A DNA stretch of 64,000 nucleotides from NCBI GenBank assembly GCA_000708835.1, contig DF237079.1, forward strand, positions 116,787-180,786, written 5' to 3'. Below the pieces are notes generated by a model. The model was not told the DNA's origin. It did no database searches and was given only the letters and a program-made list of their open reading frames with translations. Below are positions 1-12,900 of this stretch, one piece after another (positions within the stretch are counted from its first letter, which is position 1; each line of letters starts with the position of its first letter). A program made the translations under genes and the position numbers. The DNA comes from Klebsormidium nitens. Its lineage: Eukaryota > Plantae > Klebsormidiophyceae.

Positions 1-7
1 CTCGCAG

Positions 8-853
8 GGACGTTCGTTTTCAAGGGCATCCAGTTCGCTGCCATCGGTTTCGCTGCGGGTTTGGTTGGGACAGGGATGACAAACCTGCTGCTGAAGGTGA
101 GCGCCCATACTTTCCTTGGTGGCGTTATATGGAGCCCATTAATCTGTCCAGAAGAAAGCAATGGGATATGCCAACCTGCATCGAGGACTTTACCGCCGCA
201 AGCTAGAGTCTGAGTAAAGGAAGGACAATCAAGAAGTGCAGCTCACGGGGATATTGCGATCAAGCCTGGTTGCTGGCTGACGATTAAGTACCGGGTGGCT
301 CCTCTATCAGATCTCGTTCACAAAAGCCCTCATGAGCCCCAGAAGAGTTTGCATTTGGGCCAGGTCCTTCTTGCTTGCGAGTCAGCCTCTGCTACCTGTA
401 GTCCGAATGTGACCAACTGTATGGTTCACGTTCTGGATGTCACTTTGCGCAACTAAAGTCTTGGTAAATTTTCAAGAAGTGATCTAGGCCTCAGCCCCTT
501 CGAGCAATGGACCAGGAGAAGTTGTCCTTTCCGCTGAGGACCCGTTGTTCTTTGACGAATATTCTTTGCTCTGCCGTATGCAGCTGCGAAAGAAGATGGA
601 TCCTGACTATGATGGCAACTCGCCACCCCCCCTCGTGCTCAATGCTGCCACGTGGGCCCTCCACATGGGTCTGTCAAGTAACCTGCGGTACCAGGCTCTC
701 AACGGGCTCGAGTTCCTCTTGGCCCCAAAGATGAATCCAAGCATCTTCAAGACTGGCGTCTTCCTTTTGCGCACGCTCAATAACGTTGGAGGAGGCGCTT
801 CTTTCTCCATCCTAGCGAAAATGACAGGGTCCCAAAAAGCAAGAGAGCGGTAG
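8..853 (+). CDS. RETICULATA-RELATED (DUF3411) plastid envelope protein, last two exons (5' part lies outside the window)
   Basis: Exons 8-96 (TFVFKGIQFAAIGFAAGLVGTGMTNLLLK) and 584-853 (LRKKMDPDY...LNAATWALHMGLSSNLRYQALNGLEF...LNNVGGGASFSILAKMTGSQ) join in phase 0 across a GT-AG intron. The NAATWALHMGxSSNLRYQxLNG signature matches RER/DUF3411 proteins as I recall them. Confidence 0.88.
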
Positions 854-2027
854 GTAGAGCTCGACCTGTAGTTCGAGGAATCTTCAGACGTTTGGTGAAA
901 CAGCGAGCCTGCCCTGTGTTTGAAATAAGGTCGTGAGGTTTATTGATTACGTCACAGGTTCTTGCCTGGCCATTGATGGGCCTCAACCATCAACGTCGAT
1001 TGGTGGTTGCCACATGCAAATTCAAGGTTATGCCGCGTGGTTGACTAGAGGGATAGCAGCCCATTCCGTAGTGCACCGGTGCGCACGGGCGGCCCAGATT
1101 TTCCTCTCTTCGACTGTGGTACAGGTCATGACTACAATTAAGCGCATCATTAGAAGGTGTGAATGTGAACTGCAACGTATGTTAGTCGGTGTAGTGACTG
1201 CGCGCAAAAGTACGCGTGGCCAGCCAATTGCGATCTATTGCATGCCAATGTCGCGGTAACATTGAACTGGCAAACCCGGGCGGCGGCGGCCATGGTCAGA
1301 ATTTAAAGCCCTATGATCTGATGTAACCTGCACCTAGCTATACTATAAGCGCGTGGCTGCAGTGTCAATCTCACGCGACGGCGGGGACGAAAACTAGCAT
1401 ATGTTGACCCGGACGTACAGCGCCATGTGTGCACAGATGCACTCGACCATCATTGCATGCGTGTCAAAAAATGTAGTTAAGGCGGCTGTCACTATGGTGG
1501 CCGCTGCCGCACACACTCACGAGCTGGGCCCGGCCCGGCACGGGTCATGCATAAGAGCAGACAAGTACGTCCCGGCGACTGGGGCTATCGTTGTGATTGG
1601 GTGTGAACTTAATTTGTCACGAACGTTCCGCATGCAATCTCATTGCGAGAAATTTGTATGGCGCCATATCGACGCCGACATGCCAATTTGTATCTGATCT
1701 GCAACGTGCCTCAATTGAATATCTCTGCAACTATCCAACTGATAGTTTAGTATTCCTCAATTGGAATCCAGGATATCCTCCAACCAGAATAGGAGTGGCG
1801 TTGTCAGCGAGGAGCATGGCTCAAGCTTAGCATGACCGTGTAAGGGACTGTGAGATTTTGTAACCGTCCGATTTTCGTGTAATTCAATGCAACGCCCCTA
1901 CGTCTAAGCATTTCCATGCTGAGTCGGAGCAAAAGAATTTAACGAAAGGCTCAAGACGCGTCGAAATTATGCACCATAGCTTCTCGTTGATCTCGTGGTC
2001 AGAAAACTTCTTTATAAGTGGCTCAAA

Positions 2028-5000
2028 TCAGTGCTGTGCTAGCCTCTCCCTTGACTCCTGGCTAACGAGCCCCAAAGCATTGGCGATGGCCCGAGTGGCG
2101 GCGATCATTGCGATGCCGCTGTTGAGTTTGTTGATGGCGGAGCCCACTCCCTGAACGATCCATGCAAGACGCGGTCAGTGAGGAGCAGTCACGCTCGCTG
2201 CAAACCTTAACGGTACGAAAAGCACACACGACAGGATTAACCCGAACGATTCCTGCACTTTCTCACGCATCATCGAAGCAATCGGCTGCATTTCTCCTAC
2301 CGTCGATCTAGATATTGCGGACTTGTTTCTGATGACCAAGCTAGTCGTGGCAGTCTTAGCCAAGGCGCTGAGCTTAAGCCTGCGGCTGTTCTCGCTGGGC
2401 CGTGTATCCAAAGAAAGATAAGAATCAGGCGTCCGTCAGCATCTGCCGAAAAGCGGAAAGAGGCACTCACGACACCCGCGGCCCCTGCGGCAATTGCCAT
2501 TGATGCCGTCACGTCGCTGATCCCGGAGGCGCACATGACAGGAATCGACACAGCCCGCGAGATGGAGTATGCGGCCGCAAGTGTTGGGGAAGCCTGCAAC
2601 CCAGAAGTCCGTAGATTGGAATTAGAGTGGATCAACTTGGATGCTCTGCTTGTCAAAGGGCCAATCACATGGATAGAAGAGTCCACCAATGAACAGTCTT
2701 CGTCTCTAAGCTGTCCCAACGCCAGAATTACGAATCACAGGAACTTTAACGGGCACTTGGAATAAGCACTTTGTTTGCGGGTTAGCCGGTACACCGAGAG
2801 GGTTTCGGTCGGATTCTGAAGTGAATCTTATAAGGTGCCCACCTTCTCGATCATGCCCGCGACTCCGGCCTGGGTCGGGGCGGAGCTGACGCCACCCTCC
2901 GTCTGGATGATGTCGGCGCCCGCGTTTTCTAGGAGCTCCGCCAGGTGTACCTGCAAGGGAACGGGGCAGAACGTTTCGGCCACAAGAATACGCACGTCAC
3001 CGGCAGATGTAAAGAGCGTGAAGTGACACGTATTCGTCATTGCACAAAAATGGCGCTGTTTTGCAACGACTGTCGCACGTAACTTTTCGGTGTGAATCAT
3101 CCTTACGGACGTTTGAGCCAAACCAAGGGCGGCTAACATGAGGTCCGACTTCGGTGCACGAACAAACAGCCAGGATCTCGTAGCTCGCAACATAGACAAG
3201 AGACGTCAGTCCGCTGGCCAATTTGACGCAACCAAGCGAAGGTTACTTTGCTGTTCTAAAATCAGCGCTCATGAGATGTTTGACAACGTTTTGTTTCCGA
3301 ACGTCAACCCAAAACCTGACAAAGCAGCGGGGCCTGAGAAGACTCGAGTGCTCCTTGTGTTGAGCAATCTTCCTTCGAGTTAAGACGAGCCCAACGTGCA
3401 GGAGATGAGAAATATCGATGTTACATCTGACGTCCTTTTTGAGAAAGTCTGCAAGTATTTCGCTTAGCTAGCATTTCAATACAAAGACTAGCCTCTCGAC
3501 CAATCAAAAGGCTTACGTATTTGTCTTCAAGAAGTTCATAGCATATGCTTCTTTGCACAACTGAGTTGTCTCACCTGGTCTGGCAGAGGGAGGGTGTGGG
3601 GCACGGTCACAGAGAGCGGGATGGTCGGCAATAGCTGCCTCGTTCTTCTCGTCAACGCCAACACCTGCAGAAGTGATGAACTCCGGGTTGCAGAGGAGAA
3701 CCTCTTCTGACACAGCGGAAGTACTGGCGTTTGCCAAGCATGACAATCGAGAGCCTAAGAGATTGGGAGGATCTCGAGGCTGCTTCACATGGAATCTATA
3801 TGACCAGGACAAGCTTCGAGCAGGAATGCGCAACATTTGACAGATATAAAGTCCTTCTGAAACAGCTCTTGGTTAATTGAGAGGTTTGTGACGCGCTTGA
3901 CAAGATTTCTAGAAGCTAATCAGCTGCTTTTCCTAAAAACGAAGAGAATTGACGGATTCGCCCTCCTGACTGACCTCCTCAGCATCGAAGGTACGGCCCT
4001 CAGCATAGAACGGGTCGTAGTTCCCAATCTCGACCTGGAAAGAAAGTCGAGAGATTTGCGCATCAACTTTGAAGACGTGCTTCTTGGCATCGAGTCCCGA
4101 TGTGCCATAATCCTTGCAGCCGGCCAACCGCAGCCGGTCATCAATTATCGACGATATCAAAACCTTTCATGTCGGAATAACCTGTACTGAAGGAAGACTC
4201 GTGTGCCTTGAACAAACATGAAGCCTTGTTCTGAACGGGCTCATAGTGGAAACCCTTGTCAACCTTTTAAATGCAGAGAGTGCAGATTGATATGGCTAGA
4301 ATCTGCGGAGCTTGGGATTATTGCAACCTGTCAATATTTGCAATTTTCAGATGTTTCCACATAAGTCCTTACATCACACAGCGCCATCCCGCAAAGTCTT
4401 GTCTGTCTGAGCAGGCTTTGTGTTGGCTTCCAAGCAAATCACGAAATGGCAAAAGAATCAAGCTTCTCAGAACAGTGGCCTGAGACCATACCATGGTGGC
4501 ACCCGCCGCAACAGCAGGTACGAAGAGTTCGGGCTCAACTGCGGAGACGCAGACCTACAAGAAAGAAGCCACACACATGACATGTGAGCCACGGAACGCT
4601 TTGCGCAGTAAGCTGATGCTCTTTGTCTTGGCCAAGACGGATCCGGGCAGTCAGAACGAAAGAACAGGAAGTGTTCTTACAGTTTGCGAACTCGGACAGC
4701 CTTACAAAACGACAGTCGGTTGATTGGGAGGTGTGATTGCTGAAAGACAGCCCTAGAGCAGATTGGAGCAAAAGACCAAGCTCTTTGTCCAGCTTCAAAC
4801 GATGATGACACAGAGACAACTACAATGAGGCAAACATGCAACAATATCCTTGCCGCCGGTATATGGACAACATTCCGGACTCACCGGAACGCTTGTGAGG
4901 CTGCAGGCCAGCTTCACTAGCTCAGGATCGCAGGCGATGTCAACGTGTGTAGCACCACCCTGAGGGGAGGAAGGAAAACCTTAGCACAGGTATCAGGAAT

Positions 5001-6275
5001 CATTATACAAGTTAGTTAGTGGACACCGGTGAGTTTTTTGTGTGTGAGGATATGAACGGGAGGATTGAGGAATGCATCGCAGCTGCGGCCTAGCGATTGC
5101 ACCACCACAATTCGCGCATTACTACAAGAAGGCAGTACTGATCGGGCGCTTCCATCAATGAGCTGGTACTTACAGGACGGGTTCAAATAGAACTAGTATT
5201 CTGGGACTGGCTTCATGAACAGCATTGTTAAGACGGCAACAGCGAGGTGTTGGGATTTAGGGAGGCCTTTGCGATCAGTGTTTGTTCGGGGAACACCAAG
5301 ACCAGAGTTTTGCACATGTCGTTAACGGCGTTCTTGGCCTCCAGTCCCCAGTACTAATAATCTTCCTTGATGACCGGAAAGCTCTCGGAAGGTGGTTGGA
5401 CAACTTTGCCCCAGGAAGAAATGCGCACCTGCTCAGCCGCAGCCACAATCTCCGCCACATTCTCCCGGTTAAAGTTCTTCAGTCCCGCGATAACCTGAAC
5501 CGAAGTGGGTGAATTAAACGGTTTCATTATTGATTGCATGAAAGCTGACAACAAGCTCAAAATGTAGTTTCATTGCTTCAGGCTAACCTAAAGCTGCAGC
5601 GGGTAAAAGCTCTCAGAAAAGTCTCCCGGAAGACTGATGAGGTGCAAAGGCGGCAATGTGGTCTTCTGCTCTGTCCATTTATACACGAGGTTTTCTCTTG
5701 ATGCCGCGAATCAAAGTGGTCACGCACAATTGGGTGGTCAAAACAGTAGAGTTGCACATTTTCGCACGTCATGCAGACAGCCTTACACCAACCTAAGGAG
5801 TACTGCAGTGTCTGAAAAGATGGGAGAAAAAGGATATTCTGCTTTCACCATTACCAAGCGTAGCACAAGCAAGTGCCCACTGTGTGTCTGAATTGTTTGT
5901 CTTCGGTTGGATAAGTGAGATAACTGCAAGAGGTTCTGGAGACTCGGTTCTTTCTCGCAGCATTGCAGTGACACCCTTGGCGGCAGAAGACAACCACCAC
6001 TGATACATCATCAACAAAATTCCCGGGTTGTTGCTTGCCTTGAAAGCCTTCTTCTCAGCAAACGGCCGAAGGACGTCCTGCCTCGACGGAGCATCGGCCT
6101 GCCCCGCTGACGCAGCCACATTGAGCCTGCGCAATTGGCTGATCTTCTTGATCGTCGGCGCTGGGCAGACTCTGCATCCTGCGATGCTCTGAGAGGAGCA
6201 TAGGGATGCGTCGGAGACGCGAGCGAGGCTGCTGGCAGCAGAGAGAGCCTGGGTGGTCGCTGCAGAGGCCGCCAT
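2028..6275 (-). CDS. ycf23: Ycf23/DUF561 family TIM-barrel protein with predicted plastid transit peptide, 9 exons, about 314 aa
   Basis: Exons 6275-6039, 5494-5429, 4959-4885, 4554-4492, 4034-3975, 3664-3575, 2950-2843, 2593-2471, 2150-2028, all phase 0. Motifs FKVIAGLKNF, GGATHVDIACDPELV, VCVSAVEP, EIGNYD, LSVTVPHTLPL, GADIIQTEGG, VMCASG and GVGSAINKL are typical of DUF561. The N-terminus is Ala/Ser-rich. Intron 1 is GC-AG. Confidence 0.92.
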
Positions 6276-6911
6276 TGTGGATCTGTGCGTCCAATCTTAC
6301 AAATGCTGGTACGCGATCTTGCGTGTGGAAAAAGATATTTCGAAGTGGAAATTTGGCACTTTTTGACGTCATCAAAAGTGACATCAGAGGCCTTGCGCGT
6401 CATGAGGTTGGAATTTGCGAAACACCAGCCTCGCGGAGCGAATTCAAAGAGCTCCTAAAACAGGGCCTACCGTGCCAAGTGGAGCTTCAAGGAAGGCATG
6501 GAGGCAGCTTCTCTGCCTGTTTCACCCACTTTCAAGTTTCATCCGCAAGGTGATTCAATTCCAAGAAAATCTGAAGGTTCCTTTGATTTCCAAATTGCAA
6601 TGCTGCTGCGTGCCTGTAGCTAGGGAGGCGCTCTCATCCTATTTAGGTTGTGTGAAGGGGACCTCGCTTCAGAGCAAAAGAGTTTGTTTCATGAGTGCAG
6701 AGTATTGTTGCGCATGAATCAAGCTCGTTGAAGTTTAGAAGAAATCTAGAAGGTGGTCGTGCGGATGAATGTTTGTTAAAAGCTCAGAAGTTTTAAGCTC
6801 AGGACACGCAACCTGCAACTGAAACAACTGGTCTTCGACAAGCTCAAAGGAAACCCAAAGTCTCTTGAAAGTTGGCCATTGTGTACCGCAGTGGTGCATG
6901 CAGCAGCAATC

Positions 6912-9900
6912 ATGACAGGGTCTGGAGACAACGAGCTGCCCTCAGTGAAGACTTCCGACCTCTTTGCCCGTGCTTTGGAAAATGAAGGAATCAAGTATAT
7001 CTTTGGTGAGCAGCTGTCACTCAGCTCAGCCAGGGGACAGTTAGGACATCAGCATACAACTAAAAGGGCATGCTTTCTCAGTAATGCAGTAAAAAGAAAG
7101 GGTTTTGAATGAAGGCAGGTTTGACATTCCTTCTTGCAAGTAAGTTGTAGAATTTTATTGTTTGATAAGTGTAGGACTGGGTGTCACTTGACTGAGAGTA
7201 TGCATCGCTAGCATTTTTGAGGCCCAAGGTGAAGTTCCTGTCAATGCAGTGACTTCGCAAGGCGAGAAGTACCCATTTTCACCCCGCAGCATCTTCCAAA
7301 TTTATCAAGAGAAAGAGTGACAAGACGTTTGGAGTCTGCTCTATCATGGGATGGACGACCTGCACTATTGTGACCCTGGTCAACCGTCTCCTCAATCTCA
7401 CTTCCTTGGCAGCCACTTCATGCAGGAAACTACAAACAACTCAAAATTCAAAGTGAAGTCCTTTTCCTCCTTTTTCTTTTTCAGGCATCCCTGGGGAGGA
7501 GAATCTGGACTTCCTCAACTCTCTCAAGGATTCCAAAATCCAACTTGTCCTGACACGCCATGAACAGGCCGCGGGCTTCATGGCTGCCACAGTTGGCCGC
7601 ATCACTGGCAAGTGCGGAGTGGCGCTTTCCACCCTAGGGCCCGGTGCTACCAACTTTGCGACGGCGGCGGCATATGCTCAACTAGCGGGGTTTCCCATGC
7701 TGATGATCACAGGGCAGAAACCGATTAGGCAGAGCAAGCAGGTGAGTTAACAAGGATAAAACTTGTTAACTAAACTCCATCAATGTGGCACTAACCTGGG
7801 TTTAAAAGGGGAGAGGGTGACGAAGGAGGTACTGGTTTGACGATGGTGAAAGCAGACCTCTTCTTCTAGTGGCTGAGCTTTTGTACAACCGCCACTGGAT
7901 TCTCAGGTTCTCTGGCCCTGGTCGGACACTAGCAGGCAATTGATTTGTGAGGAATTCGGTCAAGCATGGAGCTTGAGTCGGTTCCAGTATCTTAACACAG
8001 AACTAAGTTTGTTAGGCGACATATTCGGCTTTTGACTTCACCAAAGCCTTTTTCTCAAAGCTTGCCTGATGGCACATGCCAAGGTTTACGGTGCCTACGT
8101 AGTGTTTGAAACTTCAAAGACTTCACCAATAAGATAGCCACAGGTGCGTCACCTGTACACAGGTTACTTGTCAAATGGGGTCATGCCTGAAGTGATTTCT
8201 CTTCTCTTTGGTACCAATAGCCATTTCATGTAAGAGATGCCATAGTTATTAATGGGGTCCTTTTGGATGTTGGAACAGGTGCAAACTGAGAATAAGAACT
8301 CTGATTACAGTGCTCAAGTGCTCTGAATGCTTGACTCCCCTGCATTCTAGGTCAAAAACACATCCCAAGTACCTTCTGTCTTGACTTCTTGTTCCTCTTT
8401 ATGTTTGCAGGGCTCGTTCCAAATTGTGGAGATTGTGGATCTGATGAAGCAGGTGACGAAGGTGAGAAGAGGTTCTCTGCTCCTGTTCTTGAGCTCAACG
8501 ATTCTATGGTTGGATCTGAGGACTATCTAGTCCCAGCTTCATACTGTCAATACGAGATGGAAGAATTCCTGGTCTGCATACTGAAAAGGTCCTGTGAAAA
8601 TTGTGACTTTGAAACCCAGTAACTGCTCCGTAGTGAAAGTCCGGACTCAGGAAATGGTGATTCAATCGCAAGTTGCCCTTTCGCCCTGATGTGCCCCATG
8701 CAGATCAGATCCTTCTAAATACCGCGTGTTTTTGCTGATGGGATTGCATTGTCCGCCCTAAGAAATAGCAACTCGTTTCAATACCTGACACCTATTCCTT
8801 TTGATCCCTCAAGTGTTTCAAGTTCGGTTTTTCAAGTCTGTCTTCATGCACGCTTTCTACGTTCTGCCACTGACACATGCAAAACTACAGCTGTCAGTGT
8901 GAGCCTCATACTTCCTTCGTCAGCTACAAATCGGGCCTGTACTCTGCAGAAAGATAATACATTTTCATTGCCAAAGACTCCGCAAATTCTGAAGCAAGTC
9001 GGTGACGGCGACCTTGCCCCGTTGCTCGTGTGCAAGTCCATCCGCGTTGCCAAGTAAAAGCACCCCGAGGCGGTCCAACTAGAACAGAATTAGATTTTGA
9101 GCTTTTGTGCATGAGTCTCCAGCTTTGCGCCTCCCATCGCTCCGCAGTTCACGAAGCAGATAGCGGACGGCGATCGCGTGCCGTCGCTCGTGCGCGAGTC
9201 CATTCCTGTCGCCAAGGAAGAGCGCTCCAGGGCAGTCCACCTAGAACAAAACTCAGTTTTTCTACATTTTGCGTAGTCTCCGGCTTTCCGCCTCCCATTT
9301 CTCCGCAGTTCATAAAGCAAATCGCGGATGGCGACCTCGTCCCGTTGCTCGTGCACGAGTCCATCTGCGTTGCCGAAGAAGAGCGCCCCAAGGCAGTCCA
9401 CCTAGAACAGAACTAAAGCTTTTATATGTTATGGATGATTCTCCAGCTTTCTCCCTCCCGTTTCTCTGCAGTTCACAAAGCAAATCGCAGACGGCGACCT
9501 CGTCCCGTCGCTCGTGCGCGAGTCCATCCGCGTCGCTGAAGAAGAGCGCCCTGGAGCAGTCCACCTAGAGCTTCCCGAGGACATCGCAAAAACAATGAGC
9601 CACGCCCACATCTTCCCGGTTTACCAAGTCCGGCGCCCGGTTGCCGAAGAGAAGTCGATCGCGAAAGCGGTGGCGATGATCCAGGCGGCTCGGCACCCGC
9701 TGCTGCTGATCGGGGCGGGGGCGAACAGGAAGCGCACGCAAAACATGTGAGCCGCGCATCGAAGTTTGATTTCTTGGATGAACACTTGTTTCTTGGTACA
9801 TTACAGAGGTACTGCTCGCTGTCAAGTCGAGTGTGAAGAGCTCGCAACATGTGAGTTGGAGACTCCACAAGCTCTACTTTCTGTTGACAACCAATCTGCC

Positions 9901-12900
9901 CAGTGTCCTAGACGTACCTTAGGACGTCGAAGGTCGCCTAGAGTGTCGAAGGCGTGGCTCTTCAACAGAGATCTCAAGTGGATAGAACGGGTTGTAGAAG
10001 AGAAGCCCAGCTGACGACGTTTTGGCATCAGCGTTTTTGGAGTGGCAGATACTTTGTCGGGATCCTTCGAAATCTGCTGTCCTGAAAGTCTTAGAGCAAT
10101 AAACTGCAGGATCGAGTTCACTCTCTAAACCAGCAGCCGGATTGAAGTTGTTGCCGTGTCCTTCCCTCACGCATGCTTTGGTGTGACGACCACAGGTTGA
10201 GGCAGTTTGTGGATGATATTGGCATCCCGTTCGTGACGACGCAAATGGGCAAGGGTGTCGTCACAGGTAAGCGTTCCTGCCGTCTCATGTTGCCTGACAA
10301 GGCTAAGAGCGCGATTGAACTTCGCCCTTCCAGACTAGATGTTGGCTTGCTCACGCCAACCTGTTCTAGGCTTGCATTCTTCTACCGTGGTCCGTGGCCT
10401 GAGTCCTTTTTTACCAGTTAGGTAGACTAAGTCGAGCGACCGGTCAGGTGCAATTGGTTTTCTCAACGCGCGCGCGCATAACCCCGACCTAAACACGCAT
10501 GATTCCTTAAGCGGACCGTGCTTTGCAATTGTCTTGATCCTCGGCATAGCTCGAAATACTTCTGGCAATACGGTCTGACTTTTGGATAGCATCTAGGTGT
10601 TCCCGAACTTGCTGACCCCCGACGGCTGGGGCACTCTGCTTGAGCTCTTGGAAGACTTTCTTAAACGCTTCCGTAACCTCAACCTGAACATGCATACCAC
10701 CGTCACGTCTTCAACCGCAGAGCGCAGCCCCCTGTACTGCGGTTGCGCGGCGCTCTCCGTATCGGACTTCGCGAACGTGTGCCTCGAGAAGTCGGACCTG
10801 GTCATCGTGGTGGGCCATGACGTCGTGGAGAAGCCGCCCTTCTTCATGAAGTGAGCGCCTCCACTGACGTCAGCAATCGTCAGCGGTTCTCGAGTTGCTC
10901 ACGCATCTTTTCCTGGGGGTCTTGATTGTTGACACTGTGTATTTTGGCGTCGAGAAAGTGGGCTGTTCAGCCTCTTTCAAGATCGCCCTTTTTTGTCAAG
11001 CAATAGCCACCTTCGCAAGTTGATGGGGTGCGGAGCTTCCGTCTCATCATTTGTTTCTTCGTTCTCATTTCTGCTTCTCGCTCTCCTGCTACCGTTGTCT
11101 GCTACTGGTTTGGGCGAAGCGGAGGCGCATGCTGACGTGTCCGCTGACATGTTTTCGCAGGTACCAACAGGCGCCGTACGTCATCCACGTCAATTTCTAC
11201 AGCGCAAAGGTGGACAATGTCTACTTCCCGCAGGTCAGGCTCAGCGCTTGAGCTTTACATCTCAAAACACCAGCAACATTTCAAAATTGGTTACAAAATT
11301 CTCAATGATGGGAATCCCATTTTCCAGTGACAGACGGCTGACAGCTGGAGCATGTGAAGGAACAATGGGGAGCTCAGAGCACTAGCTATGCTTCTGCTCT
11401 GTCTACGTTGATCTGTGTGAAAGTTTTTTCAAAAGCCGAAACATGAGACGAGCGGCGGTCAGCTGCTCAGAAAACATCTCTCGACAGGCGAGCTTCACCT
11501 CCAGATAGGGCCGGCCGACGCCCTTAAAGATCTTCCAGCAACGCTTTGTGAGGGCTAGCCGGGCCAAAAAGCGGGGAAGCAGCTGTCCGGCTGTATCTAA
11601 TCCTGGCCGTCGATTGGTTGCAGCACGAGGTGGTGGGCGATATCGCGAACGCCATCTGGCAGATCAAGGAGCGCGTGGTGAAGCAAGACCACTGGGACTT
11701 CCACTACTACCTCGAGGTCAGCGTTTACATACTTGTTTATCAGAACTGTTATGTATGTTGTGATTCTGCCACTTTTCAAAACTTATTGTGTTGAAGGTGA
11801 CAAGACCACTGAGACTTCCTTAGCTTCCCGAGGGCATTCTATTCATACACCCAGATCTCTGTTGCTTGCGACTTCTCCTACGCATGTGGAGTTACTCAGG
11901 TTCCTCGTTGGAACGCCTGACGTTTCGGCACGCTTGTCCTCACGCACAGTAATATATTTTCTTTCTGGAGACGAAAGAACGCCTTCAAACTCATGTTTTT
12001 CGAAACGAGAGAGCGCCTCCAAAGTTACGTCTGGGACTGAGGTTCTGGGTTTCTGAGAGTATGACGTGCTTTGAGATATTAAGGCCGCGTCGAGATCTTA
12101 CCTCATCCTCTTTCGTTGGCTGCTCGCCTGTTACTTGACAACTATGGAGCGCCGCTTTAATGTCAGGGCTTCTGGACCCGTTCTAGCATTCCCTTGCGAT
12201 CTGGTTCACCTTAGGTTTATCAGAATGTATACAGTATGTCGACCAGTATATTGACGGTATGTTTAACTTAGTTTGCACTCGGTTTTGATTGCCATTTTTG
12301 CCAAGCACTTGGCCATGCAAGGCCTTCATTTGCCCATTCTTATGGTGGCTTGCGCTTCATGCATATCTCTCCACGTGTCTCAGACCCGCGCCAAGGTGGT
12401 GGACCATTCCAACTTCGGCCAAGTTTGCCCATCCCTTACGGTGGCTTTCTCTCATGTTTATATCTCTCCACGTGTCTCAGACCCGCACCAAGATGCTGGA
12501 CCATTTCAAGATTGGCCAGGACGACGACCGCTTCCCGCTCGTGCCCCAGCGCATTGTGCATGACGTCAGGTAAGGCGCAGCATGATGTGATATATGAAGC
12601 AAACCTGCTCGGCCAGGTTTTGCCACGTTCTCCTATCGATTTCACAGCTTTTGCTGCACTTTGGCGCTGACTCCTTGCTGACATATGCATCATCGATCGC
12701 CTTGACTGTAAATGTTTTCATTGCTCGTTCTTCGACAAATAACGTCCAGCCTTCAGGAGCTTATCCTGTCGTGGGTCGACCTCTATCTCTTCAGTTTAAT
12801 TTCTAAGGAAGAAACTTTCTTGGCAGAACTGATGCAGGATGCTCAGAGAGGGACTTTTCGATCTCCGTTGTACAGATCTCTCAAGGCTTCTTCCTTTGTT

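Noticed and set aside
8930-9575. The 162-bp repeats as a CRISPR array or as mutually exclusive exons
   Set aside because: The units are degenerate exon copies without unique spacers. The upstream copies lack a convincing downstream donor and run into stop codons, so classical mutually exclusive splicing is unsupported.
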